Shown: positions 1 to 17,382, counted from the stretch's first letter. The stretch: 58,159 bases of DNA from an uncultured Bifidobacteriaceae bacterium (GCA_964400405.1 CAYNUO010000005.1:1-58159), one strand, 5' to 3'. Made by a program: numbers and translations. The notes: generated by a model from the letters alone, not told the origin.

Positions 1-16
1 GCCTGACCTTCCGCGG

Positions 17-2869
<2,853 letters not shown>

Positions 2870-2879
2870 GTCTGCTCCG

Positions 2880-5087
2880 CTACTCCGCCACAATCTCTGA
2901 GATATCGGCGATCCGCACGACCAGGTCGCGCAGCCCCGCCATCACCTGCAGCCGGGTGTCGCGCAACGCGGCATCCTCGGCCATCACCATCACGTCGTCG
3001 AAATACTTCGCCACGAACGGCTGCAGCCCGGCGATGTCCTTCAACGCCGCCAGATACTGGCCGCTCTTCTCGGCTTCATCGATCACGGCCACGCGCGAGG
3101 CCACGTAGCCGATCAGATCCCGTTCGGCCGCGTCCGGCGCGGTCGGCGCGTAGGTCTTCAGCGCATCCCACCCGCGCGTGAACACCACGCCCTTCGAGAT
3201 GTTCTTCACGCGCTTCACCGCCTCAGCCAGCAGACGGAACTCCTGCTGCGCGGAGAACTCGGCCAGCACGGCGAGGGTCCGTTTCGCGCGCGCGACATCG
3301 AGGCCATCGAGCGCACGTGCCGCCACCGCACGGGCGTTCCGCACGTCGAACCCGCGCTGCTCGAACAGATACAGCACACGTTCGACCAGAAACGCCTGAA
3401 TGGCGTCCTGCGCGTCGGCGTCCACCGTCCACGGCTCGCCGGCCTTCGCGACAAGCCGCCCCAGCGTGACGCGGGAGGTGATCCCGGTGACCTCCTGCAG
3501 GTCCGCCAGGATCTTCACGGCGCCCTGTGCCTGGCGACGCAGACCGAGCGGGTCGCGTGAGCCGGTCGGTCGCTCGCCAGCCGCGAGCATCCCGACCACC
3601 GAATCCAGCTTGTCGGCCAGCGCCACGGCCGCCCACGTGACGGCGGCCACCCCGAGGTCCTCTTTCGACGGTGCCGCCGCGGCGTCCACGCCGATCGGCA
3701 GGTAGTGGTAGTAGATCGCCTTCCAGACCGCCTCGGGCATGCCTTCCTGGCGGGCGTAGATCCCGCCCATCGTGCCCTGCAGTTCGGTCAGCTCGCGCAC
3801 CATGTCGGTGCCGAGGTCGGCCTTCGCCAGACGGCCGGCGGTGCGGGCCGCCTCGGCCTGCTCCGGCTTGCCGAAGACCTCGCCCGCAATCCACCCGGCG
3901 AGCACGGAGACGCGCTCCGCCTTCTCCCTGTAGCTGCCCAGCTTCTTGTGGAACAGGATCGTCGACAGCCGCTCGATACGTGATTCGAGCGTCGCCTTGC
4001 TGTCCTCCTCCCAGAAGAACTGCGCGTCACGAAGCCGCGCCACGAGCACGCGCTCGGAGTTGCGGGCCACGACCTCCGGCTTCTCCGACTCGATGTTCGT
4101 CACGGCGAGGAAGGCGGGCTTGAGCGTGCCCGCGTCGTCGACCACCGGGAAGTAGTGCTGATGGTGAATCATCGTCGTCGTCAGCACTTCTTCCGGGAGC
4201 TTCAGGAACTCCGCCGGATAGTGCCCGGCCACGACGCACGGGTACTCGACCAGGTCCGGCACTTCCTGCAGCAGGCTCGACTGCGCGGCCACGGCCTGGC
4301 TCACGCGCCCGCCGAGCCGCCGGGCGTGGCTTTCAAGCTCGCGCTTGATCCGCTGCTCGCGCTCGCGGCGATCGAGGATCACGAAGTTCTCGAGCAGCCG
4401 CTTCTCGTAGTCCTCGAAGGTCTTGACCTTCACGGCGCGGCCCGATCGCCCGCTCGTCGTCTGGAAGCGATGCCCGTAGGTGTTCGCGCCGGACGCCACG
4501 TCCTGCACCTGCGGGCCCTGCGCGTTTTCGGTCCGGCGGATCACGAACGGCACCACGCGGCCGCCATAGAGCAGCACGAGCCAGCGGATCGGCCTGGCGA
4601 ACACGAGCTCGCCCTTGCCGTCCTCGAGAAAGGCGTCCCACCGCATCTGCTTCGGGAAGTTGAAGTCGCGGAGGATCCCGGCCATCACGTCGCCGAGCAC
4701 GTCGACCGTCGCCTTGCCGCGCTGCTGGAGCCGGCACGCGAGATAGGTGCCTTTCGGCGTCTCCTCGCGCAGCAGCGACGAGACGTCGACGTTGTTCTTC
4801 TTCGCAAAGCCGACGGCCGCGGGCGTAGGCTGCCCCTCCGCGTTGAACGCGGCGGAGACAGGCGGACCCATCACCAGCTCTTCCTTGTCGGTCTGCCGCT
4901 CGGCCAGTCCGACGACGCGCGCGGTCAGCCGCCGCGGCGTGCTGAACGCCTCGACGTCGGACGGATGCGGCAGTCGCGCGTCGACGAGCCGTGCCGCGAG
5001 GTGCTTCTTCAGCTGGGCCGTGAGTCCGGGCAGCCAGCTCGCCGGGATCTCTTCGCAGCCGATTTCGATCAACAGTTCCCGGTCCAC
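2880..5087 (-). CDS. glyS: Glycine--tRNA ligase beta subunit
   Basis: The N-terminus '[16 protein letters not shown]' and overall length are typical of GlyRS beta. The GTG at 5087 lies 1 nt after the glyQ TGA (TGAcGTG junction). The upstream part of the ORF overlaps glyQ and is not used. Confidence 0.92.
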   Translation of the reverse strand: MDRELLIEIGCEEIPASWLPGLTAQLKKHLAARLVDARLPHPSDVEAFSTPRRLTARVVGLAERQTDKEELVMGPPVSAAFNAEGQPTPAAVGFAKKNNVDVSSLLREETPKGTYLACRLQQRGKATVDVLGDVMAGILRDFNFPKQMRWDAFLEDGKGELVFARPIRWLVLLYGGRVVPFVIRRTENAQGPQVQDVASGANTYGHRFQTTSGRSGRAVKVKTFEDYEKRLLENFVILDRREREQRIKRELESHARRLGGRVSQAVAAQSSLLQEVPDLVEYPCVVAGHYPAEFLKLPEEVLTTTMIHHQHYFPVVDDAGTLKPAFLAVTNIESEKPEVVARNSERVLVARLRDAQFFWEEDSKATLESRIERLSTILFHKKLGSYREKAERVSVLAGWIAGEVFGKPEQAEAARTAGRLAKADLGTDMVRELTELQGTMGGIYARQEGMPEAVWKAIYYHYLPIGVDAAAAPSKEDLGVAAVTWAAVALADKLDSVVGMLAAGERPTGSRDPLGLRRQAQGAVKILADLQEVTGITSRVTLGRLVAKAGEPWTVDADAQDAIQAFLVERVLYLFEQRGFDVRNARAVAARALDGLDVARAKRTLAVLAEFSAQQEFRLLAEAVKRVKNISKGVVFTRGWDALKTYAPTAPDAAERDLIGYVASRVAVIDEAEKSGQYLAALKDIAGLQPFVAKYFDDVMVMAEDAALRDTRLQVMAGLRDLVVRIADISEIVAE

Positions 5088-5088
5088 G

Positions 5089-5982
5089 TCAGCGTTCTCC
5101 GGCGGGCGCCTGGATCGAATCCGCGTAGGCGCGCGCAATCTTCACGGCCAGCTGACGCACGCGCAGGATGTACGCCGTGCGCTCGGTCACACCGATGCTG
5201 CCGCTGGAATCAAGGATGTTGAACAGGTGTGAGCACTTCAGGACGTGCTCGAGCGCGGGCAGCACGAGTCCCGCCTCGAGCAGCTTCGCCGAGAAGTCGT
5301 AGTAGCGGTCGAAGAGATCGCGGTGCAGCGCCGAGAACTCGGCCGGCGGCAGCAGCGGGGACCCGTCGTCCTTCTGGTTGAAGGCGTACTTGGACTGCTC
5401 GATCTCCTCGCGCAGCCGCACCTCGCCGTACTTCACGCCGCCGCCCCACTCCAGGTCGTACACGTTGTCGACCTTCTGCAGGAACATCGCGATGCGCTCG
5501 AGCCCGTAGGTGATCTCGCACGAGATCGGCGTCAGGTCCATGCCGCCCACCTGCTGGAAGTAGGTGAACTGCGTGATCTCCATGCCGTCGAGCAGCACCT
5601 GCCAGCCGATGCCCCACGCACCGAGCGTCGGGGACTCCCAGTTGTCCTCCTCGAAGCGGATGTCGTGCTGGCGGGGATTGATGCCGCAGGCCTCGAGCGA
5701 CTCGAGATAGCGCTGCTGCACCTCGTCCGGCGACGGCTTCAGGATGACCTGGAACTGGTGATGCTTGAACAGCCGGTTCGGATTCTGGCCGAAGCGGCCG
5801 TCATCGGGCCGCCGCGAGGGCTGCACGTAGGCCACGCTCCACGGCTTGTCCCCGAGCACGCGGAAGAGCGTCTCCGGGTGCGAGGTGCCCGCGCCGACTT
5901 CCAGGTCGAGGGGCTGCTGCAGCAGGCAGCCTTGCGAGGCCCAGTAGGCCGAAAGCTTCAGGATGAGGTCTTGCAAAGTCAC
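5089..5982 (-). CDS. glyQ: Glycine--tRNA ligase alpha subunit
   Basis: Conserved blocks '[17 protein letters not shown]' and '[38 protein letters not shown]'. GTG start at 5982 gives the canonical length of about 297 aa. The 416-aa ORF extension runs into recO and is Arg/Gly/Ala junk. Confidence 0.94.
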   Translation of the reverse strand: MTLQDLILKLSAYWASQGCLLQQPLDLEVGAGTSHPETLFRVLGDKPWSVAYVQPSRRPDDGRFGQNPNRLFKHHQFQVILKPSPDEVQQRYLESLEACGINPRQHDIRFEEDNWESPTLGAWGIGWQVLLDGMEITQFTYFQQVGGMDLTPISCEITYGLERIAMFLQKVDNVYDLEWGGGVKYGEVRLREEIEQSKYAFNQKDDGSPLLPPAEFSALHRDLFDRYYDFSAKLLEAGLVLPALEHVLKCSHLFNILDSSGSIGVTERTAYILRVRQLAVKIARAYADSIQAPAGER

Positions 5983-5993
5983 AGGGTTCCGCC

Positions 5994-6641
5994 TCAGCCG
6001 TGCCGCCGCAGTTCGCGCAGCACGCGATCCGATTTCAGTGTCTTCTCCAGATGCATCGAGATCAGTGCCCGATGCGCGCCTTCCAGTTCCCGCAGCACGC
6101 CGGCCTCGGCCGGCAGGTCCGCCACCTGCCGCGGGCCGATGCTCCGCGACGCGGTGAGGAACGCATGGGCGCCCGCCGACAACCCGCCGCGCGCTTCGGG
6201 GTAGAGCCCCTGAAGCCGCAGCAGCCAGCACTCGAAATACCGGGCCAGCGGTTCGACCGGCGCCCCGGCCTGCAGCGCGTCCAGGATCGATGTGCCGAGC
6301 CTGAAGAGCCGCTCGTCGGCGTCCGCGTCCTGGGCCCACTCGTCCAGCAGTTCCGCGAAATACCCGACGTGCTCCAGTGCGCTGCCGGCCAGTGATAACG
6401 GCGACCTGACCGTGTCAGCGTAATTGATTCCGACCAGTTCGCGCCCTTCCTTCTCGAAGTACGCGACCTTCACTTCCGTCAGCGGCTCCAGCGCGCCGGT
6501 GAAACGTGAACGCTGACGCCGGGCCCCCTTGGCCACCCCGCGCTTCTTGCCCCGGTCCCTGGTCAGAAAGACCACGATCCGGTCCGCCTCCGACAGCTTG
6601 TAGGTCCGGAGAATCAGGGCGTCGCCGGAATAAAGCGGCAC
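5994..6641 (-). CDS. recO: DNA repair protein RecO
   Basis: RecO-like OB-fold N-terminus '[37 protein letters not shown]'. Sits in the conserved era..recO neighbourhood. GTG start at 6641 lies 5 nt downstream of the mgtE stop. Confidence 0.85.
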   Translation of the reverse strand: MPLYSGDALILRTYKLSEADRIVVFLTRDRGKKRGVAKGARRQRSRFTGALEPLTEVKVAYFEKEGRELVGINYADTVRSPLSLAGSALEHVGYFAELLDEWAQDADADERLFRLGTSILDALQAGAPVEPLARYFECWLLRLQGLYPEARGGLSAGAHAFLTASRSIGPRQVADLPAEAGVLRELEGAHRALISMHLEKTLKSDRVLRELRRHG

Positions 6642-6646
6642 CGGGA

Positions 6647-8017
6647 TCAGCCGACCTTGCCGGTCATCCGCAGATAGATCGTCGCCAGGCCGAGAAACGA
6701 GGCGAACCCGGCCACGTCGGTAAACATCGTGATGAACACGGCCGACGCCAGCGCCGGGTCGATCTTCAGCGCCCTGAGTCCGAGCGGAATCAGTGTGCCG
6801 GCCACGGCGGCCACGAGCAGGTTGAACAGCATGGCCACACCGAGCAAGCCGCCGATCACCGGGTCGCCACGGAAGAGCGCCACGACCAGTGCCGCGATCA
6901 GTCCGGTGGCGAGGCCGTTGCTCACGCCGACCGTCACTTCCTTGATCAAGGCCTTCCGGGCGTTGGCCCACGTCAGCTCGCCGAGCGCGATGCCGCGCAC
7001 GATGACCGTCAGCGTCTGCGTGGCCGCGTTGCCACCCATCCCGGCCACGATCGGCATGAAGATCGCGAGCACGGTCAGCTGGCTGATCGTCCCTTCGAAG
7101 AGCGCGACGACCGATGCCGCCAGAAACGCGGTCGCCAGATTCACGGCCAGCCACGGGAACCGCAGCTTCAGCGACTCCCGGGCCGGCGTGAACACGCGTT
7201 CGTCGCCGGACACACCGGCCAGCCGGAGGATGTCCTCCGTGGCCTCGTCCTTGATGACGTCGATGACGTCGTCGACGGTGATGATGCCGACCAGCTTGTT
7301 CTCCTGATCGACGACGGGAATGGCGAGCAGGTTATAGGACGCGACCTGCCGCGCCACTTCTTCCTGGTCCGTATCGACCCGCGCGCTGATCAGGTCGGAC
7401 GTCATGATCCGCTTGAGCGGCGTCTCGGGGGCGACCAGCAGCAGCCGGCGCAGCGACGTCACGCCGACGAGGTGGCGGCGCTCGTCGACGACGTAGAGAT
7501 AGAAGACCATCTCGACGTCGCGCGCGCCCTGCAGTTCGGCGATCGCCTGCCCCACCGTCATGTCCTCGCTCAGCGCGAAGACATCCGGATTCATGATCCG
7601 GCCGGCCGTCTGCTCGTCGTACTCGAGCAGGTTCTCGACGACGCCTGATTCCTTCGGCCGCATCAAGTCCAGGACGGCCGCGGAGAGGTCTTCCGGGAGG
7701 TAGTCGATCAGGGCCGCCGCGTCGTCGGACGGAATCTCCTGCGCGAGGCGGGCGATGTCTTCCGCGGACCGCGTGCCGAGGAGGGCCGCGCCGGCTTCCT
7801 GGCCCAGTTCGGAGACGGCCTCCATGGCCAGCCGGCCGTTCCGATCGGCGAGCACGGAGAAGGCGGCCTCGCGGTCGCGGTCGGTCAGTTCACTGAACAG
7901 CTGGGCGAGATCGGCAGGGTGCTGCTTCTGCAGCAGATTGAGCAGGTTCGCCGTGGCCCCAATGCGCAGCAGCCGCTTGACGGAGTCGAGTGCGAGGTCG
8001 ATTCTGCGCTGCGCCAT
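6647..8017 (-). CDS. mgtE: Magnesium transporter MgtE
   Basis: MgtE N-domain, tandem CBS region ('IMNPDVFALSEDMTVGQAI...', 'LLAIPVVDQENKLVGIITVDDV'), and a TM domain with 'AGMGGNAATQT'. Confidence 0.93.
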   Translation of the reverse strand: MAQRRIDLALDSVKRLLRIGATANLLNLLQKQHPADLAQLFSELTDRDREAAFSVLADRNGRLAMEAVSELGQEAGAALLGTRSAEDIARLAQEIPSDDAAALIDYLPEDLSAAVLDLMRPKESGVVENLLEYDEQTAGRIMNPDVFALSEDMTVGQAIAELQGARDVEMVFYLYVVDERRHLVGVTSLRRLLLVAPETPLKRIMTSDLISARVDTDQEEVARQVASYNLLAIPVVDQENKLVGIITVDDVIDVIKDEATEDILRLAGVSGDERVFTPARESLKLRFPWLAVNLATAFLAASVVALFEGTISQLTVLAIFMPIVAGMGGNAATQTLTVIVRGIALGELTWANARKALIKEVTVGVSNGLATGLIAALVVALFRGDPVIGGLLGVAMLFNLLVAAVAGTLIPLGLRALKIDPALASAVFITMFTDVAGFASFLGLATIYLRMTGKVG

Positions 8018-8094
8018 AGGAAAATCCGCTCGGTCACCTTAGCACGATTCTTGCGGCAGCCGGGCGACGGTTCGTCCCCTGAAAGGGGGCGGTT

Positions 8095-9020
8095 TTAGCG
8101 GGTAAGGAGGTCGTCGAGCATCCGCTCGTCGTCGCGCCACGAGGGGCGTACCTTCACGTGCAGGTCCAGATAGACCTTGCAGCCAAAGCGCGCCTCCAGC
8201 TCGGCCCGCGCGGCCGTGCCGATGGCCTTGATCATGGCGCCGGCCTTGCCGACCACGATCCCCTTCTGCGAATCGCGGTCGACGAGGATGGTGCAGTAGA
8301 GGCGGAGCGTGCCCTTCGGTCCCTCGGCTTCCTGGAACTGGTCGACGACGACCGCTGTCGAGAACGGCAGCTCGTCGCGGGTGCACCGCAGCACCTGCTC
8401 CCGCACCAGCTCGGCCGCCGTCTGGCGCTCCTGCTGGTCGGTCAGGTAGTCCTCGGGGTAGAGCGGTGGACCCTCGGGCAGCCGGGCCAGCAGCAGCGCG
8501 GCGAGCGTCTCGACGTTGGTGCCGTCCCAGGCCGAGATCGGCACGATCTCCGCGAAGTCGCGCTGGCGCCGATACGAGTCAATCAGCGGCAGCAGCTTGT
8601 TCTTCTCGACCGCGTCCACCTTGTTCAGCGCCAGGAACACCGGAACCGTCAGTTTCGCGACGCGCTCGAGCATGAAGCGATCGCCGGTCCCGGTCTCGAC
8701 GGCCGCGTCGACGACGAGCACGACCACGTCGACCTCGCGCATGGCGTCGAGCGCGGCATCGACCATGCGGACGTTCAGACGGTGCGTGGGCCGGTGCACG
8801 CCCGGCGTGTCGACGAACACGATCTGGCCGCCGGGGTCGTTCCGCACGCCGAGGATCCGCGTGCGCGTGGTCTGGGGCTTGTCGGAGGTGATGGCCACCT
8901 TCTCCCCCACCAGCCGGTTGAGCAGCGTTGACTTGCCCGCGTTCGGGCGGCCCACCAGCGCCACGGTGCCGGAGCGCAACGCGCCGGGGAGTGCCGGGCC
9001 TGGTGTGGGTTCGTCAGACA

Positions 9021-9021
<1 letters not shown>
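8095..9021 (-). CDS. era: GTPase Era
   Basis: G1 'GRPNAGKST', G3 'DTPG', G4 'NKVD', and a C-terminal KH domain. ATG at 9021 overlaps the upstream stop (TGATG). GTG at 9024 is an alternative start. Confidence 0.95.
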
Positions 9022-10264
<1,243 letters not shown>

Positions 10265-10268
<4 letters not shown>

Positions 10269-10744
10269 GCGTGCGCCCGCTCGATGAGACCCGACGGCAG
10301 ACCGTGCCGTGCGCGCAGGCGGCGCTCGACACGCGCCATCTGGCCGTCGTCCGTTTCGTGGTCGTAGCCCATCAGGTGCAGCAGGCCGTGCAGCGCGAGC
10401 ACCTTCAACTCTACCGCCAGCGAGTGCCCCGCCTCCCGGGCCTGCCGGCGCGCCACACCGGTGGCGATGACGACGTCGCCGATCGACCCGTCGAGCGGAG
10501 CGCACGGAAACGACAGTACGTCCGTGGCCTTGTCCATTCGGCGGAACTGCCTGTTCAATGCACGGACGCGGGCGTCGCTGAGCAGGGCCACGCAGACCGA
10601 CCCCTTCGCGCGGGCAGGAGCCGCGGCCGAGAGCCACGCGGCGAGGCCACGGGCCGCCGTGACGCCGCCGGCCACGACATCAACGGCGAGCCGGGGCGCG
10701 ACCCGCTTCTTCCCGGTTGGCGTCGGTCGAGGGCGTGCCGGCAC
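10265..10744 (-). CDS. ybeY: rRNA maturation endoribonuclease YbeY
   Basis: Zinc motif 'HGLLHLMGYDHETD'. GTG at 10744 lies 1 nt after the phoH TGA (TGAcGTG), giving a typical 159 aa. Confidence 0.9.
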
Positions 10745-10745
10745 G

Positions 10746-11746
<1,001 letters not shown>

Positions 11747-11750
<4 letters not shown>

Positions 11751-13522
11751 TTCGTGATCTGGATGTGGAGTTCCTTCAGCTGCCGCGCGTCCACAGCCGA
11801 TGGTGCGTCCGACATCTGATCGACGGCAGCCGCCGTCTTCGGGAACGCCATGACCTCGCGAATCGACGACTCCCCGGCCAGCAGCGCCGCCAGCCGGTCG
11901 AGGCCGAGGGCGATACCGCCGTGCGGCGGCGTGCCGTACTCGAGCGCCTCGAGGAAGAAGCCGAAGCGTGACGCCGCGTCCTCCTTGCTGATGTTCAGCA
12001 GCGAGAAGATCCGGCTCTGCAGCGCCGCGTCGTGGATACGGATGCTGCCGCCGCCGATCTCGCTGCCGTTCAGCACCAGGTCGTAGGCTTTCGCCCGAGC
12101 CTTGCCGGGGTCCGTCTCCATCAGCGGCAGGTCGGCATCCATCGGCGACGTGAACGGGTGATGCATCGCGACGAACCGCTTGTCCTCGGCGTCCCACTCG
12201 AGCAGCGGGAAGTCGAGCACCCACAGGAAGCGGAAGTCCCTGCCGTCCAGCATGCCCTTGCGCTTGGCGAGGCTCAGCCGGATCTGGCCGAGCAGCTTCG
12301 ACGCGGTGTCCGGTTCGCCGGCCGAGATCAGCAGCAGGTCGCCGTTGCCGCAGCCGGCGGCGTCCAGCGCACGCACGACCTCGGCCTCGCCGAGCGCCTT
12401 CATGACCGAGCTCGTGACCGTGCCGTCGTCCGCGCGGCGCGCCCAGACGAGGCCGCTGGCGCCGAGCGCCTTGGCTTCGTCGACCAGGCCGTCCACCTCG
12501 CTGCGCGAATAGGCGCCCGCGTTCTTGACGACGAAGCCGCGCACCGTGCCCCCGCCGTTGACGATTTCCTTGAACACGCGGAACTGCGAGTCCGTGAACA
12601 GGGGGCCCAGGTCCTGAATCGGCATCCCCGGCCGCAGGTCCGGCTTGTCGGAGCCGTACTTCGCCATCGCCTCGGCGTACGGCATCCGCAGGAACGGCGT
12701 CTCGACCTTCACGCCGATCAGGTCGAACACGCGGACCATCAGCGGTTCGATGAGGTCGAAGATCGTCTCCTGGCGCGCGAACGACATCTCCACGTCGACC
12801 TGCGTGAACTCCGGCTGCCGGTCGGCACGCAGGTCTTCGTCGCGAAAGCACTTGCAGATCTGCATGTACTTGTCCATGCCGGACACCATCAGGATCTGCT
12901 TGAAGAGCTGCGGCGACTGCGGCAGTGCGAAGAACTCGCCCGGGTGCACGCGGCTCGGCACGAGGTAGTCGCGCGCGCCCTCCGGCGTGGACTTCGTCAG
13001 GATCGGCGTTTCGATCTCGAGGAAGCCTTCTTCGTCGAAGTAGCGGCGAATGACGGTCGTCAGCCGGTGGCGCAGGATGATGTTGGACTGCAGCCGCGGC
13101 CGCCGAAGGTCGAGATAGCGGTACTTCAGGCGGACGTCCTCCGACACGGGCGAATCGTCGGCGACCTGGAACGGCGGCGTCTTCGCCTCGTTCAGCAGCG
13201 TCAGCGTGCGCACGACGACTTCCACGTCGCCCGTCTCGAGCTTCGGATTGACCGTCTCGGCCGAGCGCCGGCGCACCGTACCAGCGAGCCCGACGACGAA
13301 CTCGGACCGCAGCTTCTTGGCCTTTGTCAGCGTCGCATCGTCGTCCGCGTCGAAGACCACCTGGGTCACGCCGCTCCGATCCCGGACGTCGACGAACAGC
13401 ACGCCGCCGAGGTCGCGGACGCGGTGCACCCAGCCCAGCAGCACCACGTCCTTGCCCACATCGCCCGTGCGCAGCGCGCCGCAGGTGTGCGTGCGTGTCA
13501 GGTCACCCAGTTGCTCAGCCAC
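11747..13522 (-). CDS. aspS: Aspartate--tRNA ligase
   Basis: OB-fold N-terminus '[25 protein letters not shown]' and class II motifs ('[18 protein letters not shown]', 'GGGSIRIH', '[12 protein letters not shown]'). Confidence 0.96.
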
Positions 13523-14873
13523 GAACCTCTCCTAGAAAACCCGCAATGACGCCGGCCGCCCCGTCCTGGGGCGCGGTTTCCTGCCGGCCGTCGGCGAGCC
13601 GCTTGATGGTGACCGTCCCGGCCGCCACCTCCGACTCGCCCAGAATCGCCACCACGGGAATGCCGCACCCGCTGGCGTATTTGAGCTGTTTGCCCATCTT
13701 ATCCACGTCCGGGTAGACCAGCACCCGCAGGCCGCCCTGCCGGAGGACACCCGCCAGGCGTATTGCCAGCCCGGTGTCTTCGCCCCGGAACACCGTGACC
13801 ATCACGTCCGCCGGCGCGGCGGACAGCTCTGCCGGAAACAGGTTCCGCTCCCCCATCACGACGAGGATGCGCTCCAGCCCGAGCGAGAACCCGCACGCGG
13901 GCACCTGCTCGCCCGAGAACATGCCCACGAGGCCGTCGTAGCGACCGCCGCCGCCGAGGCTGCCCGGCAGGTCCGCGACGGCGATCTCGAAGATCGCCCC
14001 GGTGTAATACGACAGCCCGCGCGCCAGCGCGGGGTCCACGCGGAGATGTCCGGCCGCGGGCGTGCCCGCGGCCAGCGTCAGGATCTCGCGCAGGTTCGCG
14101 ATGAACGGCGGCTCGTCGCCACCCGGCTTCGTCACAAACGCCGCCAGTCGCGACAGCGCCGCGGCGTTGTCCGCATCGGTCGCGGCGAACACACCGAGCA
14201 GCGCCTGCGCCGCGTCCGCGGCCACGCCCCGCGCGGTCAGCTCGCCCGTCACGCCGTCCGCGCCGATCTTGTCGAGCTTGTCGACCGCGATCAGCGCCTC
14301 CCCGTGCAGCGCGTCCGGCACCCCCGCCGCCTGGAGCACGGCGCGCAGCAGCTCACGATGGTTGAGCCGGATCGCGAAGTCCGTAAAGCCAAGATCGGTC
14401 AGCACCTCGCTGACGGCGCCGCAGAGCTCCGCCTCGATGGCCGGCGACGTGGACCCGAGCGCGTCGACGTCGCACTGGTAGAACTCTCGGAACCGCCCGC
14501 GCGCCGGGCGGTCGGCGCGCCAGACCGGCTGAATCTGGTACCGGCGGAAGAGCCGCGGCAGCTTCGCGCGGTGCTCGGCCACGACCCGCGCCAGCGGCAC
14601 CGTCAGGTCGTAGCGCAGCGCGAGGTCCGCCTGCCCGGTCGCCTCGTGCTCGCCGCGCTTCAGGATCTTGAAGATGAGCTGATTGCCCTCTTCGCCGTAC
14701 TTCCCGAGCAGCGTCTCGATGTTCTCGACTGCCGGCGTCTCGAGCGGCTCGAAGCCGTACGAGCGATAGACGCGCGTGACGACATCGATGACGAACTCCC
14801 GGCGGCGCACGTCCGCCGGCAGGAAGTCGCGCATGCCGCGCGCCGGGCCCGTATTCAGCTTCGGGGTACTCAC
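13515..14873 (-). CDS. hisS: Histidine--tRNA ligase
   Basis: 'ARGMRDFLP', 'RGRFREFYQCD' and 'GGGRYDGL' HisRS motifs. GTG at 14873 overlaps the upstream TGA (GTGA). The 3' end overlaps the aspS start by 8 nt. Confidence 0.94.
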   Translation of the reverse strand: MSTPKLNTGPARGMRDFLPADVRRREFVIDVVTRVYRSYGFEPLETPAVENIETLLGKYGEEGNQLIFKILKRGEHEATGQADLALRYDLTVPLARVVAEHRAKLPRLFRRYQIQPVWRADRPARGRFREFYQCDVDALGSTSPAIEAELCGAVSEVLTDLGFTDFAIRLNHRELLRAVLQAAGVPDALHGEALIAVDKLDKIGADGVTGELTARGVAADAAQALLGVFAATDADNAAALSRLAAFVTKPGGDEPPFIANLREILTLAAGTPAAGHLRVDPALARGLSYYTGAIFEIAVADLPGSLGGGGRYDGLVGMFSGEQVPACGFSLGLERILVVMGERNLFPAELSAAPADVMVTVFRGEDTGLAIRLAGVLRQGGLRVLVYPDVDKMGKQLKYASGCGIPVVAILGESEVAAGTVTIKRLADGRQETAPQDGAAGVIAGFLGEVRG

Positions 14874-15403
14874 GCGTTCGCGACCGCTGCCGGCATGTAG
14901 TCCAGCCGGTACTTCACGTAGCTCGCGGCGTACTTGTCGAGGGAGGCATCCTCTTCCGGCGTCACCGGGCGGCGCACCTTCGCCGGCGCGCCCATCACCA
15001 TGGACCCGGGCGGAATCTGCATTCCCTCGGGCACCAGCGTGCCGGCCGCGATGATGGACCCGGTGCCGATCCGGCAGCCGTTCAGCAGGATCGCGCCCAT
15101 GCCGATCAGGCACCGGTCCTCGACCGTGCAGCCGTGCACGAGGGCCCCGTGGCCGATCGTCACGTTCGCGCCGATGACGCACGCATACGACGGCACGCGG
15201 TTCACGTGGATGATGGTCCCGTCCTGGACGTTGGTGCGGTCGCCGATGCGAATGCTGTTCACGTCGCCGCGGATGACGACGTTCATCCAGACGCCGCACT
15301 CCCTGCCGATGTGGACGTCCCCGATGACCTGGGCGGACTGGTCCACGAACACGGAGGGGTCGATGGTCGGGAGAATCTGGCGAAACGGGCGGATCACGCC
15401 CAC
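14870..15403 (-). CDS. Gamma-carbonic-anhydrase-like / left-handed beta-helix (hexapeptide) protein
   Basis: Hexapeptide repeats such as 'VIGDVHIGRECGVWMNVVIRGDVNSIRIGDRTNVQDGTIIH', typical of the YrdA/PaaY family. GTG start; an alternative GTG lies 2 codons downstream. Confidence 0.8.
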   Translation of the reverse strand: MGVIRPFRQILPTIDPSVFVDQSAQVIGDVHIGRECGVWMNVVIRGDVNSIRIGDRTNVQDGTIIHVNRVPSYACVIGANVTIGHGALVHGCTVEDRCLIGMGAILLNGCRIGTGSIIAAGTLVPEGMQIPPGSMVMGAPAKVRRPVTPEEDASLDKYAASYVKYRLDYMPAAVANA

Positions 15404-15436
15404 GATCTTAGCGTGAGCGGGCGTCCCCCGCGCACG

Positions 15437-15994
15437 TCACATGCGCGGGAGCGTGAGGCCCGTCTGGGCCTGGTACTTGCCCTTCTTGTCCTTGTACGAG
15501 ACCTCGCAGACCTCGTCGCTCTGGAAGAACAGCACCTGCGCGATGCCCTCGTGGGCGTAGATCTTGGCGGGCAGCGGCGTCGTATTGGAGATCTCCAGCG
15601 TGACGTTGCCCTCCCACTCGGGCTCGAACGGCGTCACGTTGACGATGATGCCGCAGCGGGCGTAGGTGGACTTGCCGAGGCAGACCGTCAGCACGTCGCG
15701 CGGGATGCGGAAGTACTCGACCGTCCGGGCCAGCGCGAACGAGTTCGGCGGCACGATGCAGACATCCGTCTTGATGTCCACGAACGACCGGGCGTCGAAG
15801 TTCTTCGGGTCGATCACCGTGCTGTTGATGTTGGTGAAGACCTTGAACTCGTCGGCCACGCGGATGTCGTAGCCGTAGGACGAGAGCCCGTAGGACACGA
15901 CGCCCGCACGCACCTGCCGGTCCTCGAACGGCTCGATCATCTTGTGCTCGAGGGCCATCTTCCGGATCCACTTGTCAGACTTGATCGAGGGCAT
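15437..15994 (-). CDS. dcd: dCTP deaminase
   Basis: 'SYGYDIRV', 'IDPK' and '[23 protein letters not shown]' family blocks; 185 aa. Confidence 0.92.
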   Translation of the reverse strand: MPSIKSDKWIRKMALEHKMIEPFEDRQVRAGVVSYGLSSYGYDIRVADEFKVFTNINSTVIDPKNFDARSFVDIKTDVCIVPPNSFALARTVEYFRIPRDVLTVCLGKSTYARCGIIVNVTPFEPEWEGNVTLEISNTTPLPAKIYAHEGIAQVLFFQSDEVCEVSYKDKKGKYQAQTGLTLPRM

Positions 15995-16045
15995 CGCGAC
16001 TCCGGAATACGGGCGCCGCGACCGGAGTCACGGCGCGATGACGGA

Positions 16046-16465
16046 CTAGTTGAGCTCGAGGCCCCGGAAGAAGTAGCCGAGTTCGAAGGCGGCCGTCTCG
16101 GGCGCATCCGACCCGTGGGTCGCGTTGTTGTCGATGGACCGGCCGAAGTCCTTGCGCATCGTGCCGGGCTCGGCCTTCGCCGGGTCCGTTGCGCCCATCA
16201 GCGCGCGCCACTTGAGAATCGCGCCGTCGGCCTCGAGCGCCAGCAGCACGCAGGGGCCGGACGACATGAAGTCCGTCAGCGCGCCGAAGAACGGCCGCGC
16301 GCTGTGCACCGCGTAGAAGCCCTCGGCTTCCTTCTTGGTGAGGTGCTGCAGGCGCATGGCCCGCACGGTGAAACCCGCCTCTTCGATGCGCGCGAGGATC
16401 TTGCCGGCCAGCTTCGCCTGGACGGCGTCGGGCTTGATGATTGCGAATGTGCGTTCGATAGCCAT
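16046..16465 (-). CDS. ndk: Nucleoside diphosphate kinase
   Basis: '[12 protein letters not shown]' and the active-site 'NATHGSD'; 139 aa. Confidence 0.96.
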   Translation of the reverse strand: MAIERTFAIIKPDAVQAKLAGKILARIEEAGFTVRAMRLQHLTKKEAEGFYAVHSARPFFGALTDFMSSGPCVLLALEADGAILKWRALMGATDPAKAEPGTMRKDFGRSIDNNATHGSDAPETAAFELGYFFRGLELN

Positions 16466-16504
16466 GAATCTCCGTGTGTTCCTGTGTTGAAAGGCTGCGC
16501 CCGC

Positions 16505-17380
16505 CTAGCGGCCGAGCAGTTCCTGCATCGCCTTGCCCATGTCGGCCGGGCTCTTCACGACGCGCACGCCGGCCGCGGACAACGCGTCCATCTTCTCGGC
16601 CGCCGTGCCCGACCCGCCCGAGATGATCGCGCCGGCGTGCCCCATCCGGCGTCCGGGCGGCGCCGTCTGACCGGCGATGAAGCCGACCACCGGCTTCGTG
16701 AACTCGGCCTTGATGTAGGCCGCGGCCTCCTGCTCGGCGGTGCCGCCGATCTCGCCGATCATGATGACGGCCTCGGTGTCCGGGTCGTCCTTGAAGAGCT
16801 TCAGCGCGTCGATGTGGCTGGTGCCGATGAGCGGGTCACCGCCGATGCCGATGCACGTGGTCTGCCCCATGCCGACCTTCGACAGCTGGTGGATGGCTTC
16901 GTAGGTCAGCGTGCCCGACTTCGACACGATGCCGATCCGGCCCTCGCGGACGATGTTGTGCGGGATGATGCCCGCCTTGCCCTTGCCGGGCGAGATGATG
17001 CCCGGGCAGTTCGGCCCGATCAGGCGCGTCTTCGGGTGGCTTTCGAGGAAGGTCACGGCCTTCAGCATGTCGACCACCGGAATGCCCTCGGTGATGCAGA
17101 CGACCAGCTCGATGCCCGCGTCCGCGGCCTCCATGATCGCGTCGGCCGCAAACGGCGGCGGCACGAAGATCACCGAGGCGTTCGCGCCGGTCTTCGCGCG
17201 CGCATCCGCGACCGTATTGAAGATCGCGAAGCCTTCGTGCGTCGACCCGCCCTTGCCGGGCGAGGTGCCGCCGACGACGTTGGTGCCGTAGGCCGCGGCC
17301 TGCTTGCCGTGGAACGTGCCTTCCTTGCCGGTCAGCCCCTGGACGATGAGGCGGGTGTTCTTGTCGAGGAGGACGGCCAT
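16505..17380 (-). CDS. sucD: Succinate--CoA ligase alpha subunit
   Basis: '[12 protein letters not shown]' and the phosphohistidine loop '[11 protein letters not shown]'. Confidence 0.96.
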   Translation of the reverse strand: MAVLLDKNTRLIVQGLTGKEGTFHGKQAAAYGTNVVGGTSPGKGGSTHEGFAIFNTVADARAKTGANASVIFVPPPFAADAIMEAADAGIELVVCITEGIPVVDMLKAVTFLESHPKTRLIGPNCPGIISPGKGKAGIIPHNIVREGRIGIVSKSGTLTYEAIHQLSKVGMGQTTCIGIGGDPLIGTSHIDALKLFKDDPDTEAVIMIGEIGGTAEQEAAAYIKAEFTKPVVGFIAGQTAPPGRRMGHAGAIISGGSGTAAEKMDALSAAGVRVVKSPADMGKAMQELLGR

Positions 17381-17382
17381 GA

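Noticed and set aside
5983-6339. Long N-terminal extensions of ORF-track entries (glyQ to 6339, recO to 7154, phoH to 12851, hisS to 15299, CNNM to 10637, permease to 36446, pilP to 44404, lipoprotein to 42528, pepP to 40068)
   Set aside because: Each extension overlaps the upstream, independently supported gene in another frame. Each is Arg/Pro/Gly-rich and precedes an internal start that sits exactly at the upstream stop codon and yields the canonical protein length.
8018-8094. M-box (Mg2+) riboswitch upstream of mgtE
   Set aside because: Only 77 nt separate the era stop from the mgtE start. That is far shorter than an M-box aptamer, and I saw none of its conserved segments.
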